A stretch of 63,976 nt of DNA, filler included, from Vicugna vicugna (GCA_013265495.1; 78 parts of 77 records of this genome joined end to end with filler, not necessarily neighbours in it), one strand, 5' to 3'. Shown: positions 36,565-49,066, counted from the whole stretch's first letter. Notes: generated from the sequence alone by a model not told the origin. Made by a program: numbers and translations.

Positions 36565-37420
36565 TCCCCACCACCAGAACACACATGAAGAAGTTTTCTG
36601 CTCTCCTGATTTTGGGCTGGCAATTTCAGGTGACAGAAGCGGCTGGATTCTAATAGAATCCCTTAGCTTGTAATCCCTGAGTGTTTCCCTAGGACTGATT
36701 CTGAGAGAATCCTGGGGGTTGGGCTTTTAGGCCGAATAAAGTAGCGAGTGTCCCCGATGGACTGAGGAAATATTAAGATGAATTCTCCATAAAGGGAAAC
36801 ACCTGAGCACCCATTTATCTGCGTGGAGTGGGGCTTCAAATCTCCCCACCACACAAGGTTGGTTTCCAGTATCCTGAGGGTGGGGTAGTTCCTCCAACTG
36901 ACATCAGCGTCTTGCTTTTCATAGAATCCTTTGCTTGACTTCCCTGATGGTTTGCCTAGGCCAGTGTGTGGTTGAAAGTGGGATTTGGGATCTAAAACAA
37001 AGTATTAGCGTGTGCCTCTCCATGGGCAGTGGAGATGTTTAAACTACAACCCACAACTTGGGAATTTCTTTGACCCCTGAAAAATGCGTGTGATTTTTCC
37101 CCACGTCCAGCACACACAGGAAGGAGTGTTCTGGGGTTCTGAGTGTGGGGAGGTTCCTCCAACAGACAGCAGCACCTGGGTTTTAATAGAATCCCTTAGC
37201 TTGACTTCCCTAAGTGTATTCCTAGGCCTAGCTGTAAGCGATGGTGGTGGATGGGCTCTAAAGTCAAGTATTACCACATCTCTGTGGGTAGTGGAGGGTT
37301 TTAAACTACTTCCCCAACCTTGGAAAACCTGTGCCCCAGAAAGATGCGTGGAATCTCTTTCCCCACCTCCAGCATACACACGGAGTCGTGCTCAGGTATC
37401 CTGATTGTGGGGAGGCTCCT
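36565..37420 (-). repeat. Satellite A2 (three different monomer types in tandem)
   Basis: ATAGAATCC at 36653, 36921 and 37186 (offsets 268, 265). Confidence 0.9.
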
Positions 37421-38091
37421 NNNNNNNNNNNNNNNNNNNNNNNNNNNNNNNNNNNNNNNNNNNNTTAATTAATTAANNNNNNNNNNNNNNNNNNNNNNNN
37501 NNNNNNNNNNNNNNNNNNNNATTTCCACATTTTTCACAACCATTAACCAAAATAACTAAGAAAGGTTAATACATATTTTTTTTTAAATTTAAGCAAGGCT
37601 ATAAAATGGGTGAGTCTCATATTGTGGGGTGTGAACAGTAGCCAAGACCATCTCCTCTTTCCAGACCCTCAGAGTACAGTGTCCTGTTCACAGATCACAG
37701 CTTCTGACGCCTCCACCTCTTGCCTTGTTCCCACTCATTTCCATCTTCACATGGCTTTGGCAGGATGGTTTCGCATGACACTTAAGTCAGGAANNNNNNN
37801 NNNNNNNNNNNNNNNNNNNNNNNNNAGCTGCCTTTTAGCTTATCTTTTTACCCCTTTGCTGTAGTGTTAGCAGGGAAAGGGTCTGCTATGTGCATCGGTA
37901 TGTACCTGGCAGCAATTAACACAGAACAGGTTTCCAACTTATTGACTTGATGAGTATCAGATGAGAATCAGAGTCTCAAGAATGAGATCTANNNNNNNNN
38001 NNNNNNNNNNNNNNNNNNNNNNNNNNNNNNNNNNNTTAATTAATTAANNNNNNNNNNNNNNNNNNNNNNNNNNNNNNNNNNNNNNNNNNNN

Positions 38092-38792
38092 GTTGTATTT
38101 CCTGTTATTAGTACTTTCTGATATTTACATCACTATGTGTAATTTTTTTTGTGGTCATTATTACTGGAATAGAATTTGTTTGTTCCAGGTGATTCTCTGA
38201 TTGTCCCAAGACAATTATTGAATTCATACTTTGCTCTTTGCTTTGAAATCCCACCTGTACAAAATACTTATGTACACTAGAGTCTCTTTTTGAGCTCATG
38301 GTTTATTTCTGTCACTGTTACTTTCTTACTCCAGTGCTATATCTTACATATTGTAAAAATTTATTTAATATCTGACAGTGCAATTTTTTTGATTCATTTT
38401 TCCATCCCTAATTTTCTTGGCTAGTATTATGACTTTATTACACCTGAAGAATTCTAAAATACTTTTTTCAAGTTAAAAAAAAACAGATAAGAGATGTCAT
38501 GGGATTTTTTAGTAAGTTTTGAATTATCTTTAGGAGAACGTACATCTTTACAAAACTGCTTTCCTCCATGCAATATGTTGATGTCTCTACATACACACCT
38601 CTTACTTTACCCCGCAGTACAGTTCTGTAATTTCTCCATGTACAACATGGGCATTGGTTTAAGATTATTGTTGATGTTTTTGTTAATTTTGTATGTGAGA
38701 ATTGTTTGCTACTATATTTTTTAACTGTTAAAACTGACATCAAGGATGGCAGATTCAGTTTGTAAATACTCACTTTGTAACTTGTCATTTAA
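38092..38792 (-). mobile_element. Very old, L1-like AT-rich segment; 38112-38313 duplicated at 60811-61015
   Basis: The high-identity match to 60808-61015 is directly visible; the L1 origin is inferred from the flanks of the paralog. Confidence 0.5.
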
Positions 38793-39509
38793 NNNNNNNN
38801 NNNNNNNNNNNNNNNNNNNNNNNNNNNNNNNNNNNNTTAATTAATTAANNNNNNNNNNNNNNNNNNNNNNNNNNNNNNNNNNNNNNNNNNNNGAACAACG
38901 AAGTAAAACAAAAGCCAAAGCATAAGCACTTTTCAAGTTTCTCCTTGTGTCACATGTATTGTCTCATTGTCCAAAGCAAGTCACATGGTCAAGCCAAGTG
39001 TAAACGGACATTAGTCTTTCCAAGAACATGGACATGAACAGTTGTGAACAGCTCAAGAGCTTCAGTCAGATCTTTATATTGTACTAGTTGAACCAAATTA
39101 ATATATTAGTTAACACATGCATTTCCTTTATCTATTCATTCATTGGTGTGTTCAAAAACTCGTTCGTTAAATTAATGGTAAAAGGTAGAATTATTGAAAC
39201 ACATGACATAGAATCATGTCCTAAGACAAGTTTTCTATTCTTTACGTCTCTACTCTAATTTAAATATTTGGAATGGAATGCTTAGGTTTGCAGCAGAAAA
39301 AAGATAGGATGGCTTGTCTTCAAGTGGCATTTTGAGTCCACACACACTCACAACCATGTGAAATTAGAACAGAGAGATCCATGATGAAATACAAGAAGAA
39401 CAACTTTAANNNNNNNNNNNNNNNNNNNNNNNNNNNNNNNNNNNNNNNNNNNNTTAATTAATTAANNNNNNNNNNNNNNNNNNNNNNNNNNNNNNNNNNN
39501 NNNNNNNNN

Positions 39510-40250
39510 CTCACCAATATACATGTAATTTACATTGTTTACATAACCATGGCAGTCCGAATTACGAACATGATTCATGCATCACGGATTGCTCAAACTT
39601 GAATTCTGAGTTGTGAACATGCGCCTGACTGAAGTTTCAAACACCAAACAAGTTACCTATGCACTTTATATATTTATTTTGACTTCGTAGTTTCTGCCCT
39701 TCAACCAGTGTCAAGATNNNNNNNNNNNNNNNNNNNNNNNNNNNNNNNNNNNNNNNNNNNNNNNNNNNNNNNNNNNNNNNNNNNNNNNNNNNNNNNNNNN
39801 NNNNNNNNNNNNNNNNNNNNNNNNNNNNNNNNNNNNNNNNNNNNNNNNNNNNNNNNNNNNNNNNNNNNNNNNNNNNNNNNNNNNNNNNNNNNNNNNNNNN
39901 NNNNNNNNNNNNNNNNNNNNNNNNNNNNNNNNNNNNNNNNNNNNNNNNNNNNNNNNNNNNNNNNNNNNNNNNNNNNNNNNNNNNNNNNNNNNNNNNNNNN
40001 NNNNNNNNNNNNNNAGATGTGTAATTTATATGATTTCCAACAACATGGCATTACGGGTTCGGTACATGCTACATGTATGACGGATTCGGCAATCATACGT
40101 TTCTGGCTTGTGAGCATGTGGATTACTGACCTTTCATCCACCAAACAAGGCGTATATAGGCTTTGAAATATTTACTCGGACTTCATAGTTTTTCCTATCA
40201 CGAGGTTCTAAAATTGCACATTTGGCACCAGAAAACACTCTTTGAGCGAA
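39510..40250 (+). repeat. Satellite C
   Basis: C motifs; internal gap. Confidence 0.9.
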
Positions 40251-40369
40251 NNNNNNNNNNNNNNNNNNNNNNNNNNNNNNNNNNNNNNNNNNNNTTAATT
40301 AATTAANNNNNNNNNNNNNNNNNNNNNNNNNNNNNNNNNNNNNNNNNNNNACCACAGAGCTGAGTGCTG

Positions 40370-40750
40370 TTCACATCACGGATACCAAGGGTGCACACCA
40401 TCAACACGACTTACCACTGCCCTGGGTCACCTGGCTGAGGCGCTGGTGGTCAGTTTCCTCCACTGTGAAGTTAACTCTCCTTTCTCTCTTTCCACTCCAT
40501 GCTCTTAGGGAAAAAGTCACTGTGCACAGCTCACACTAAGGAGTGAGGAAATTTGCTTCCCCTCCTTGAGGACAGAATATCTACAGAAATTACCTGGAAT
40601 CCTTCTGCAGGGAAATTTGGCTCTTCTCTCCCATTTGCTTATTTCTCAATTGTTTATTTCTAACCATATAGGCTCATGGATATAATCCAACACTATTTAT
40701 TTTGTGGCTTAGATTGTTCTAGCTTTGGCCACTGGGAGCTCCTTCCACGG
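40370..40750 (-). mobile_element. Old LINE-1 3' UTR fragment (L1MC/L1MD-like)
   Basis: GGTCACCTGGCTGAGG...CAGTTTCCTCCACTGTGAAGTTAACT...AAGTCACTGTGCACAGCTCACACTAAGGAGTG...AGCTTTGGCCACTGGGAGCTC resembles antisense L1MC/MD 3' ends (recalled). Confidence 0.6.
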
Positions 40751-41265
40751 GCACTGATTGTGCTTTTAGCCCAAATATATGTTCATGTCTTTTTACCTTA
40801 AAGCAATGAAGCAAAGACCCAGAAGAACCAAAGTTCTCCCCATGGCCTCCCGCTTCATCTTCACCACAAATTTGTGTCATTTTGGTCCAATCTCAACTCT
40901 TTGTCTTCACCAACACCATCTGTTTCTCTTCACCTCTGCTGTGGCTGTGAAGCCAAAGTGAGATGAAAGGGAGGAAAGGATGCTAGAAAAATTAAAAACA
41001 AAACATGCAAACATATCATTTAAAACCTCTGCCCCCTCTCCCTGCTCACATCAGTAAAGCTTCACAGCTCAAGCACTCAATAAATATTTTCTGAGCAAGT
41101 AAATGAAGGCGTGAGTGAAGGAAAGAGACACACACACCTCCGGAGCTGGGACAGCAGACAAACAANNNNNNNNNNNNNNNNNNNNNNNNNNNNNNNNNNN
41201 NNNNNNNNNTTAATTAATTAANNNNNNNNNNNNNNNNNNNNNNNNNNNNNNNNNNNNNNNNNNNN

Positions 41266-42055
41266 TTCTCGGACTTCCCCGAACAGGGAACACCTGTGAC
41301 GGAAGAGTGCAGAGTGGAGTTGTGTCTCGAGGTCCTCCACGCACTGACAATGTTTCCGGAATACTGAGCGTTGGGAGGTTCCACCAGCGGTCGGCAGTGC
41401 GTGGGTTCTAACGGAATGCATAAGCTCGTCTCCCCTGAGGGTTTTCCTAATGTCTCTGTGCCAGGGAATGCTAGGGGAGTTTGCAGGATATCCCATTGAC
41501 AGAGGCTGCCTCCCCAAGGTCAGGGAATGTATTTCACGGAATTCCCCGAACAGGGAACACCTGTGATTGAAGAGAGCTGCGTGGAGTTTTCTCTCGAGCT
41601 CCNNNNNNNNNNNNNNNNNNNNNNNNNNNNNNNNNNNNNNNNNNNNNNNNNNNNNNNNNNNNNNNNNNNNNNNNNNNNNNNNNNNNNNNNNNNNNNNNNN
41701 NNNNNNNNNNNNNNNNNNNNNNNNNNNNNNNNNNNNNNNNNNNNNNNNNNNNNNNNNNNNNNNNNNNNNNNNNNNNNNNNNNNNNNNNNNNNNNNNNNNN
41801 NNNNNNNNNNNNNNNNNNNNNNNNACTTCCCAAAAATGGAACACCTGTGACTGAAGAGAGCTGCTTGGAGATGTCTCTCGAGCTCCCCCACGCACTGAAA
41901 ATGGTTCCGGAATCCTGAGCGTGGGGAGTTTCCACCAACGGTCGGCAGTGCGTGGGTTCTAACGGAATGCCCAAGCTCCTCTGCCCTGAGGGTTTTTCTA
42001 ATATCTCTTGGCCAGGGAATTCTAGGGGGGTTTGCAGGATATCCCGGTGACAGAG
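41266..42055 (-). repeat. Satellite A1
   Basis: A1 core motifs. Confidence 0.93.
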
Positions 42056-42155
42056 NNNNNNNNNNNNNNNNNNNNNNNNNNNNNNNNNNNNNNNNNNNNT
42101 TAATTAATTAANNNNNNNNNNNNNNNNNNNNNNNNNNNNNNNNNNNNNNNNNNNN

Positions 42156-42651
42156 ATAGAAAATAGAATAGAGAATGAGGAACCCAGAATTTAGTACATG
42201 CAATTAGAACCCAGAAATATAATATATAATACAGAACACAGAATATGGAATTTAGAATATAGAATGTAGAACACAGAATATAGAATATAGAATACAGAGT
42301 ATAGAAACCAGAATTTAGAACATGGAATGCAGAACACAGAATTAAGAAAGTTGAACACAGAATTTAGAATATAGAATACAGAATACTGAATATATAACTT
42401 ACAATATAGAATGTAGAACACAGAATATAGAATATATAATAAAGAATACTGAATATAGAATTTAGAATATAGAATGTAGAACACAGAATATAGAAAATAG
42501 AATAGAGAATGTAGAACCCAGAATTTAGTACATGGAATCAGAACACAGAAATTAGAATATAGAATACCGAACACTGAATATGGAATTTAGAATAAAGAAC
42601 GTAGACCACAGAATATAGAATATAGAATACACAGTAAAGAACCCAGAATTT
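42156..42651 (-). repeat. Heptamer satellite H
   Basis: 7-bp periodicity. Confidence 0.93.
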
Positions 42652-42757
42652 NNNNNNNNNNNNNNNNNNNNNNNNNNNNNNNNNNNNNNNNNNNNTTAAT
42701 TAATTAANNNNNNNNNNNNNNNNNNNNNNNNNNNNNNNNNNNNNNNNNNNNTACCAG

Positions 42758-43075
42758 CATACACAGAAGTGCGGCTCATGAACAATGGCACGTCTCGGTG
42801 TGAGGGACAAGTGCAGATGCATATTTCTGGAGGGTGGAGAGCGCTCTGTGCCTCCCACTGGACCATGGCCAACGCCCATGTTGTTTGTCGTCAGCTTGGC
42901 TGTGGAGTCGCCACCTCCACCTCCAGAGGACCATACTTCGTTGAAGGAAGCGATCCGATCTGGAAAGCCCGATTTCACTGCTCGGGGGCTGAGTCCTTCT
43001 TGTGGAATTGCCCTATGACTGCCCTGGGTGCTCCTGACTGTGCCCACGGAAACACAGCTTCTGTGATCTGCTCAG
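42758..43075 (+). CDS. WC1: Internal coding exon for one group-B SRCR domain of a WC1/CD163-like scavenger receptor (gamma-delta T-cell WC1 antigen family, 'c'-type domain)
   Basis: Acceptor ..CCAG| at 42757 and donor TCAG|GTGAGA at 43075 give a 318-bp phase 1-1 exon. It translates without stops as (A)YTEVRLMNNGTSRCEGQVQMHISGGWRALCASHWTMANAHVVCRQLGCG...RFHCSGAESFLWNCPMTALGAPDCAHGNTASVICS, with all 8 group-B cysteines. It closely resembles bovine WC1 domain c as recalled. The exact paralog cannot be assigned. Confidence 0.9.
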
Positions 43076-43717
43076 GTGAGAGAGAGGGAGGAGCTGACTG
43101 GTACTCAGGATGCTCCTTGTGGAAAAAGTCCCCAAGAGCAGAGAATGAGGGAAAATGGCTTCAGAAGTTAAATATTTCATGATGAAATATGTTTTTTCTC
43201 ATTATTCATTCATTTTTTGAGATCAGGGTGAGAAGCATTAAGGGGAATAATATTTTAAAAATAAACATAAGTATTTAAGTATAATCACAGACAACAAAGG
43301 ATATGCATTCAGTGTACACCTCAGTGAAGGGTTTTTTTCCGGTTCTGAATCATTTGAGAATTAGTATACACATCAGATTCCTTTACTAGGTACCATGGCA
43401 TATATTTCTTAAGTACAAAGATATTCATTAAAATTCAGGAAATTTTAATCTCATGCAATATTATTAACTGTTTACTCTGAAATACATCTGAGCTTGAGGT
43501 TGTCTGCTTTTTGTGTTTTTATAGTAGAAAGATTAAATTATAAATTCAATACTGTTAATAAATCAAGATTAGTCATATTTTCTATTAGTTCTTATGTCAT
43601 TTCATCTGGTGCTTTTCNNNNNNNNNNNNNNNNNNNNNNNNNNNNNNNNNNNNNNNNNNNNTTAATTAATTAANNNNNNNNNNNNNNNNNNNNNNNNNNN
43701 NNNNNNNNNNNNNNNNN

Positions 43718-45194
43718 GAGAGAACTCCACGCTGCTCTCTTCATTCACAGGTGTTCTCTGTTTGGGGAAGTCTGAGAAATAGCTTCCCTGACCTTGTGCA
43801 GGCAGCTTCAGACACTGGGATATCCTGCAATCAACCCTAGCATTCCCTAGCACAGAGATATTAGGAAAACCCTCAGGGGAGACGAGCTTATGCATTCTGT
43901 TAGAACCCACGCGCTGTCGACCGTTGGTGGGACCTCCNNNNNNNNNNNNNNNNNNNNNNNNNNNNNNNNNNNNNNNNNNNNNNNNNNNNNNNNNNNNNNN
44001 NNNNNNNNNNNNNNNNNNNNNNNNNNNNNNNNNNNNNNNNNNNNNNNNNNNNNNNNNNNNNNNNNNNNNNNNNNNNNNNNNNNNNNNNNNNNNNNNNNNN
44101 NNNNNNNNNNNNNNNNNNNNNNNNNNNNNNNNNNNNNNNNNNNNNNNNNNNNNNNNNNNNNNNNNNNNNNNNNNNNNNNNNNNNNNNNNNNNNNNNNNNN
44201 NNNNNNNNNNNNNNNNNNNNNNNNNNNNNNNNNNNNNNNNNNNNNNNNNNNNNNNNNNNNNNNNNNNNNNNNNNNNNNNNNNNNNNNNNNNNNNNNNNNN
44301 NNNNNNNNNNNNNNNNNNNNNNNNNNNNNNNNNNNNNNNNNNNNNNNNNNNNNNNNNNNNNNNNNNNNNNNNNNNNNNNNNNNNNNNNNNNNNNNNNNNN
44401 NNNNNNNNNNNNNNNNNNNNNNNNNNNNNNNNNNNNNNNNNNNNNNNNNNNNNNNNNNNNNNNNNNNNNNNNNNNNNNNNNNNNNNNNNNNNNNNNNNNN
44501 NNNNNNNNNNNNNNNNNNNNNNNNNNNNNNNNNNNNNNNNNNNNNNNNNNNNNNNNNNNNNNNNNNNNNNNNNNNNNNNNNNNNNNNNNNNNNNNNNNNN
44601 NNNNNNNNNNNNTAGCATCCCCTGGCACATAGACATTAGGAAAATCCTCAGGGGAGACGAGCTTAGGCATTCCGTTAGAACCCACGAGCTGCCGACCGTT
44701 GGTGGAACCTCCCCACGCTCAGGATTCCGGAAACATTGTCAGTGCATTGGGGATGTCGACAGACAGCTCCACGAACCTCTCTTCAGTCACAGGTGTTCCA
44801 TGTTTGAGGAAGTCAGAGAAATATCTTCCCTGACCTTGGGGAGGCAGCCTCTGACAGTGGGATATACTGCAATCTCCCCTAGCATTCCCTGGTACAGAGA
44901 GATTAGAAAAACCCTTAGGGGAGACGAGCTTTGGCATTCCGTTAGAACCCACGTGCTGCCGACCGTTGGTGGAACCTCCCCACGCTCAGGATTCCGGAAC
45001 CATTGTCAGTGCGTGGGGGAGCTCGAGAGACTACTCCACGCAGCTCTCTTCAGTCACAGGTGTTCCCTGTTCGTGGAAGTCCGAGAAATAACTTCCCTGA
45101 CCTTGGGGAGGCAGCCTCTGACAGTGGGATATACTGCAATCTCCCCTAGCATTCCCTGGTACAGAGAGATTAGAAAAACCCTTAGGGGAGACGA
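43718..45194 (+). repeat. Satellite A1
   Basis: A1 monomers at 267-bp spacing (e.g. GCTGCCGACCGTTGGTGG at ~44688 and ~44955). Confidence 0.95.
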
Positions 45195-45489
45195 NNNNNN
45201 NNNNNNNNNNNNNNNNNNNNNNNNNNNNNNNNNNNNNNTTAATTAATTAANNNNNNNNNNNNNNNNNNNNNNNNNNNNNNNNNNNNNNNNNNNNCAGCTA
45301 AACTATAATAAGTGAACAAGCATAAAAATAAAAAACTCACATAAGCCAAGGCCCCTACCCTCGTGCGTTCAGACACGCATTCGTTGGTANNNNNNNNNNN
45401 NNNNNNNNNNNNNNNNNNNNNNNNNNNNNNNNNTTAATTAATTAANNNNNNNNNNNNNNNNNNNNNNNNNNNNNNNNNNNNNNNNNNNN

Positions 45490-45745
45490 ATGAGCCTGGG
45501 GGTTGGCGATTTTATCCAGATCAGGCTTTGCTGTTACAGGATGTGGTGGGCAGATGCAAGGAACCTTCCTCCTGGCTTCTGCCCAGTGCCTTCTGGCTTT
45601 GAACTCATCCGGCGAGCTGCAATATCTTACCTGGTTTCTGGCGTTCTCCCAAAGGCACTTTGGGCCATATGTTGTTAACTCCATGCTTCTGTAGGGGAAC
45701 CTGGGCCTGAAACTTCCTACTCCACTATCTTGCTGATATCACTCC
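45490..45745 (-). mobile_element. Probable 5' end (5' UTR start) of an old LINE-1
   Basis: The minus strand reads GAGTGATATCAGCAAGATAGTGGAGTAGGAAG...CAACATATGGCCCAAAGTGCCTTTGGGAGAACGCCAGAAACCAG, like L1M 5' UTR starts with a decayed CAAGATGGC YY1 site. Confidence 0.6.
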
Positions 45746-46435
45746 AGTAAATCTCTTTTGAAATATACATTTTTACTGATCTTGAAAAATACATTTTTAC
45801 TGGAATGGAATCTAATAGTGTAGTTATGAGTAGAATTTCCTAAAGAATTTTTTTTAAACTTTCATAAACACCTTTTCCTTAAAATACATTTTGGCTCATT
45901 TAATCTGTTTTTAAACCCTTAGTGTGCTTGACTAATTTTAGAAATCAGCAAANNNNNNNNNNNNNNNNNNNNNNNNNNNNNNNNNNNNNNNNNNNNTTAA
46001 TTAATTAANNNNNNNNNNNNNNNNNNNNNNNNNNNNNNNNNNNNNNNNNNNNTGCAAGAAGAGCATGAGTGGCAAAGTAGAAACAAGAAGAAGGCAATGT
46101 GGTCATCAATCCCTAAAGAAGGGAGAGGGAAGCAGGAAATCATAGGTGATTGGAAGCACTCTCTTAAGTGAATCAGCTTATTTGACTCTCTGTTTGAAGC
46201 GAAAGGAGAGATGCATAGCCAGACNNNNNNNNNNNNNNNNNNNNNNNNNNNNNNNNNNNNNNNNNNNNNNNNNNNNNNNNNNNNNNNNNNNNNNNNNNNN
46301 NNNNNNNNNNNNNNNNNNNNNNNNNNNNNNNNNNNNNNNNNNNNNNNNNNNNNNNNNNNNNNNNNNNNNNNNNNNNNNNNNNNNNNNNNNNNNNNNNNNN
46401 NNNNNNNNNNNNNNNNNNNNNNNNNNNNNNNNNNN

Positions 46436-46799
46436 TTCGTAAATATTGATTCATAAGAGCATATCGTGACCTAACCCAAATGCCGATTTGGAATCAAATG
46501 GATTCCTAGTCCGTGATGTAAAATTGTATGTCTTCTAACAGGATGAAGGAATGCCATATTATACGCTACGTAGGGAAGAATTGAAAGAAGCCTATAACAA
46601 ACGCAAGTAGCTCTTCCAAAGTGTAATAAGGGCAAAAGAGACAGACAGTTAAGTGCACATTGGGGTTGGTTTCATTTCTTGGAATTTCAGCCCCCATGAA
46701 ACAAATGGATCCATGTCCTGAGAGTGTGATTGTTTCAGCAGAAATCAGGCGACACATATGTTTTCCGGGTGTATGCATATTATAGGAACATAAGTCTCC
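46436..46799 (-). repeat. Unclassified multi-copy sequence F (paralog of 15202-15999)
   Basis: See 15202-15999. Confidence 0.85.
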
Positions 46800-47914
46800 N
46801 NNNNNNNNNNNNNNNNNNNNNNNNNNNNNNNNNNNNNNNNNNNTTAATTAATTAANNNNNNNNNNNNNNNNNNNNNNNNNNNNNNNNNNNNNNNNNNNNT
46901 GCTCAGTGCCCTTCTCTGTAATAGAGAACTAGTAACATTTTTCTGAGCCCGTTTTGACCCCATTTTTCTGAGTCTCTTTCTACATTGGGCCCAGGGCTTT
47001 CACAGAGATCACAGACTTGGGATGTAATCAGAGTGTGGTCACAGCCCTAGTGGTCTCAATTGAGGCCAGAGGAGCTTCAGGGGGGGTGGGAATCATTGAG
47101 GCCAGAGGAGCTTCAGGGGTGGTGGGAATCCAGAACTGCTTCATGGAGGAGGTAAGATCTGAGCTGTGTCCCCAAGGATGAGCTGTCATCTAGCTGAGGC
47201 CTGGCATTGAGCAGGACCCATGTACATGGTTAATGAGGGTGTGAATGAATGAATGGGCACCCCTCTAACAGAGAGTGAGGGGGGAGTCCCCTAGGCCAAA
47301 GCAGGAAACACAGGGCACCCTGGGGGAGCAGAGGGCGGGGCTGCAGTGTGATGCCTGTCTCACCCTTTATGGGTGTCTTGCCACCACTTTAGCATGCGTT
47401 CTGGTGGATTGGGAGCCCTTTCCTCTCCTCTGCTAAAGTATCCTGCTCTTCATTCCCAGCAACACCCGCCTGTGTCACCTCAGTGTCCCCAAGTGGACCT
47501 GGACCTGTCTTGTGGGAGAATGTGAAGAGGGATTTGGTGTGCATCCCAAGAATGAAGTGGGAGGGAGAGGATAATAGGGACCTCCAGAGGGGATCATGGG
47601 CTGGGAGACAACAGAGGGGTGGGGAAGGCAGAACCTCAGAGCTGTAGGATCCTGCTAGTGGTGGCTCCTTCACGAGGGGCTTCACAGGAAGGAAGCAATC
47701 ATGGGGTAAAGGCAGATCTCAGTTTGGGGCTTGCTGACATGGAACAGCTCATCACAGAGATGTCCAAATGAGCTGGATGTAGGGAACGAAGTTGCCACTG
47801 ATGTCAGAGTCAAANNNNNNNNNNNNNNNNNNNNNNNNNNNNNNNNNNNNNNNNNNNNTTAATTAATTAANNNNNNNNNNNNNNNNNNNNNNNNNNNNNN
47901 NNNNNNNNNNNNNN

Positions 47915-48441
47915 GAATTCGAAACTGGTGTTAGGGAAAGCATGTGAAAATATGTACACTTGTCTAGATGAATTCATTCCTTTTATAGAGGATGAAAGAT
48001 CAGTAATCCACATGCTCTCATCTCAGGAATTCATGTTTGTCGAATCCGTCATGCATGTAGCATGTTCCGACCACGGAATATCATGTAGATNNNNNNNNNN
48101 NNNNNNNNNNNNNNNNNNNNNNNNNNNNNNNNNNNNNNNNNNNNNNNNNNNNNNNNNNNNNNNNNNNNNNNNNNNNNNNNNNNNNNNNNNNNNNNNNNNN
48201 NNNNNNNNNNNNNNNNNNNNNNNNNNNNNNNNNNNNNNNNNNNNNNNNNNNNNNNNNNNNNNNNNNNNNNNNNNNNNNNNNNAACATCAGTCATGCGCAT
48301 GTTCACAAATCAGAAATGCCTGTTTGAGGAATCCTTGTGCATGAAACATGTTCCAAATACGGAATACCATGGGTATTTAAACAATGTATATTACACGTGT
48401 ATTGGTGAGAATTTGCTCAAAATATTTTCTGCTTCCAAATG
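47915..48441 (-). repeat. Satellite C
   Basis: Reverse-complement C motifs. Confidence 0.88.
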
Positions 48442-48669
48442 NNNNNNNNNNNNNNNNNNNNNNNNNNNNNNNNNNNNNNNNNNNNTTAATTAATTAANNN
48501 NNNNNNNNNNNNNNNNNNNNNNNNNNNNNNNNNNNNNNNNNGGCCTGGGGGAGGGAACAGTGGAAATTGAATGTGACCTCAGACACTTCGGTGGGTGCTA
48601 GGGCTGTTACTAAAATGGGGAGTCTGGGAGATACCTGCCAGGAATGGAATTCCAGAGTAAATGGTGGAC

Positions 48670-48880
48670 ATGAGGCATTTTTAAGATGCCATTTTTCATC
48701 CAAGTTAGGACTTCAAAGAGGCACTCGGTTCGATGAGCCTGGGGCTCAAGTGAAGGAGCCGGACTAGAGATACACGTTGGGAGTCGTCATTCTTAGCTGG
48801 TGTTCACAGCCTTGCATGTGAATTAGATCTTCTCACTCGAGAGCTGCAGACTGAGGCTGAGGGGGGGCAGGGCTGTGTCT
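48670..48880 (-). mobile_element. L2 LINE fragment
   Basis: GAGCCTGGGGCTCAAG...GGACTAGAGATACACGTTGGGAGTCGTCA...CAGCCTTGCATGTGAATTAGATC matches the typical antisense L2 pattern. Confidence 0.65.
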
Positions 48881-49066
48881 TGGTTGGAGGAAAGCCCAGA
48901 CCATACAGCTTTAGTGTGTCGGTCAGTGGCGTTTGCCATTTTCAAAGCAATGCCAGTTATCCTTAANNNNNNNNNNNNNNNNNNNNNNNNNNNNNNNNNN
49001 NNNNNNNNNNTTAATTAATTAANNNNNNNNNNNNNNNNNNNNNNNNNNNNNNNNNNNNNNNNNNNN

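Noticed and set aside
43076..43182. Extension of the SRCR ORF (…GEREGGADWYSG…) and its GTG 'start' at 42769
   Set aside because: Read-through into the intron beyond the GT donor; the real unit is an internal exon.
45631..45706. Apparent minus-strand exon with TTTCAG acceptor and CAG|GTAAGA donor
   Set aside because: It lies within what looks like an L1 5' UTR start, and no frame gives a recognisable protein.
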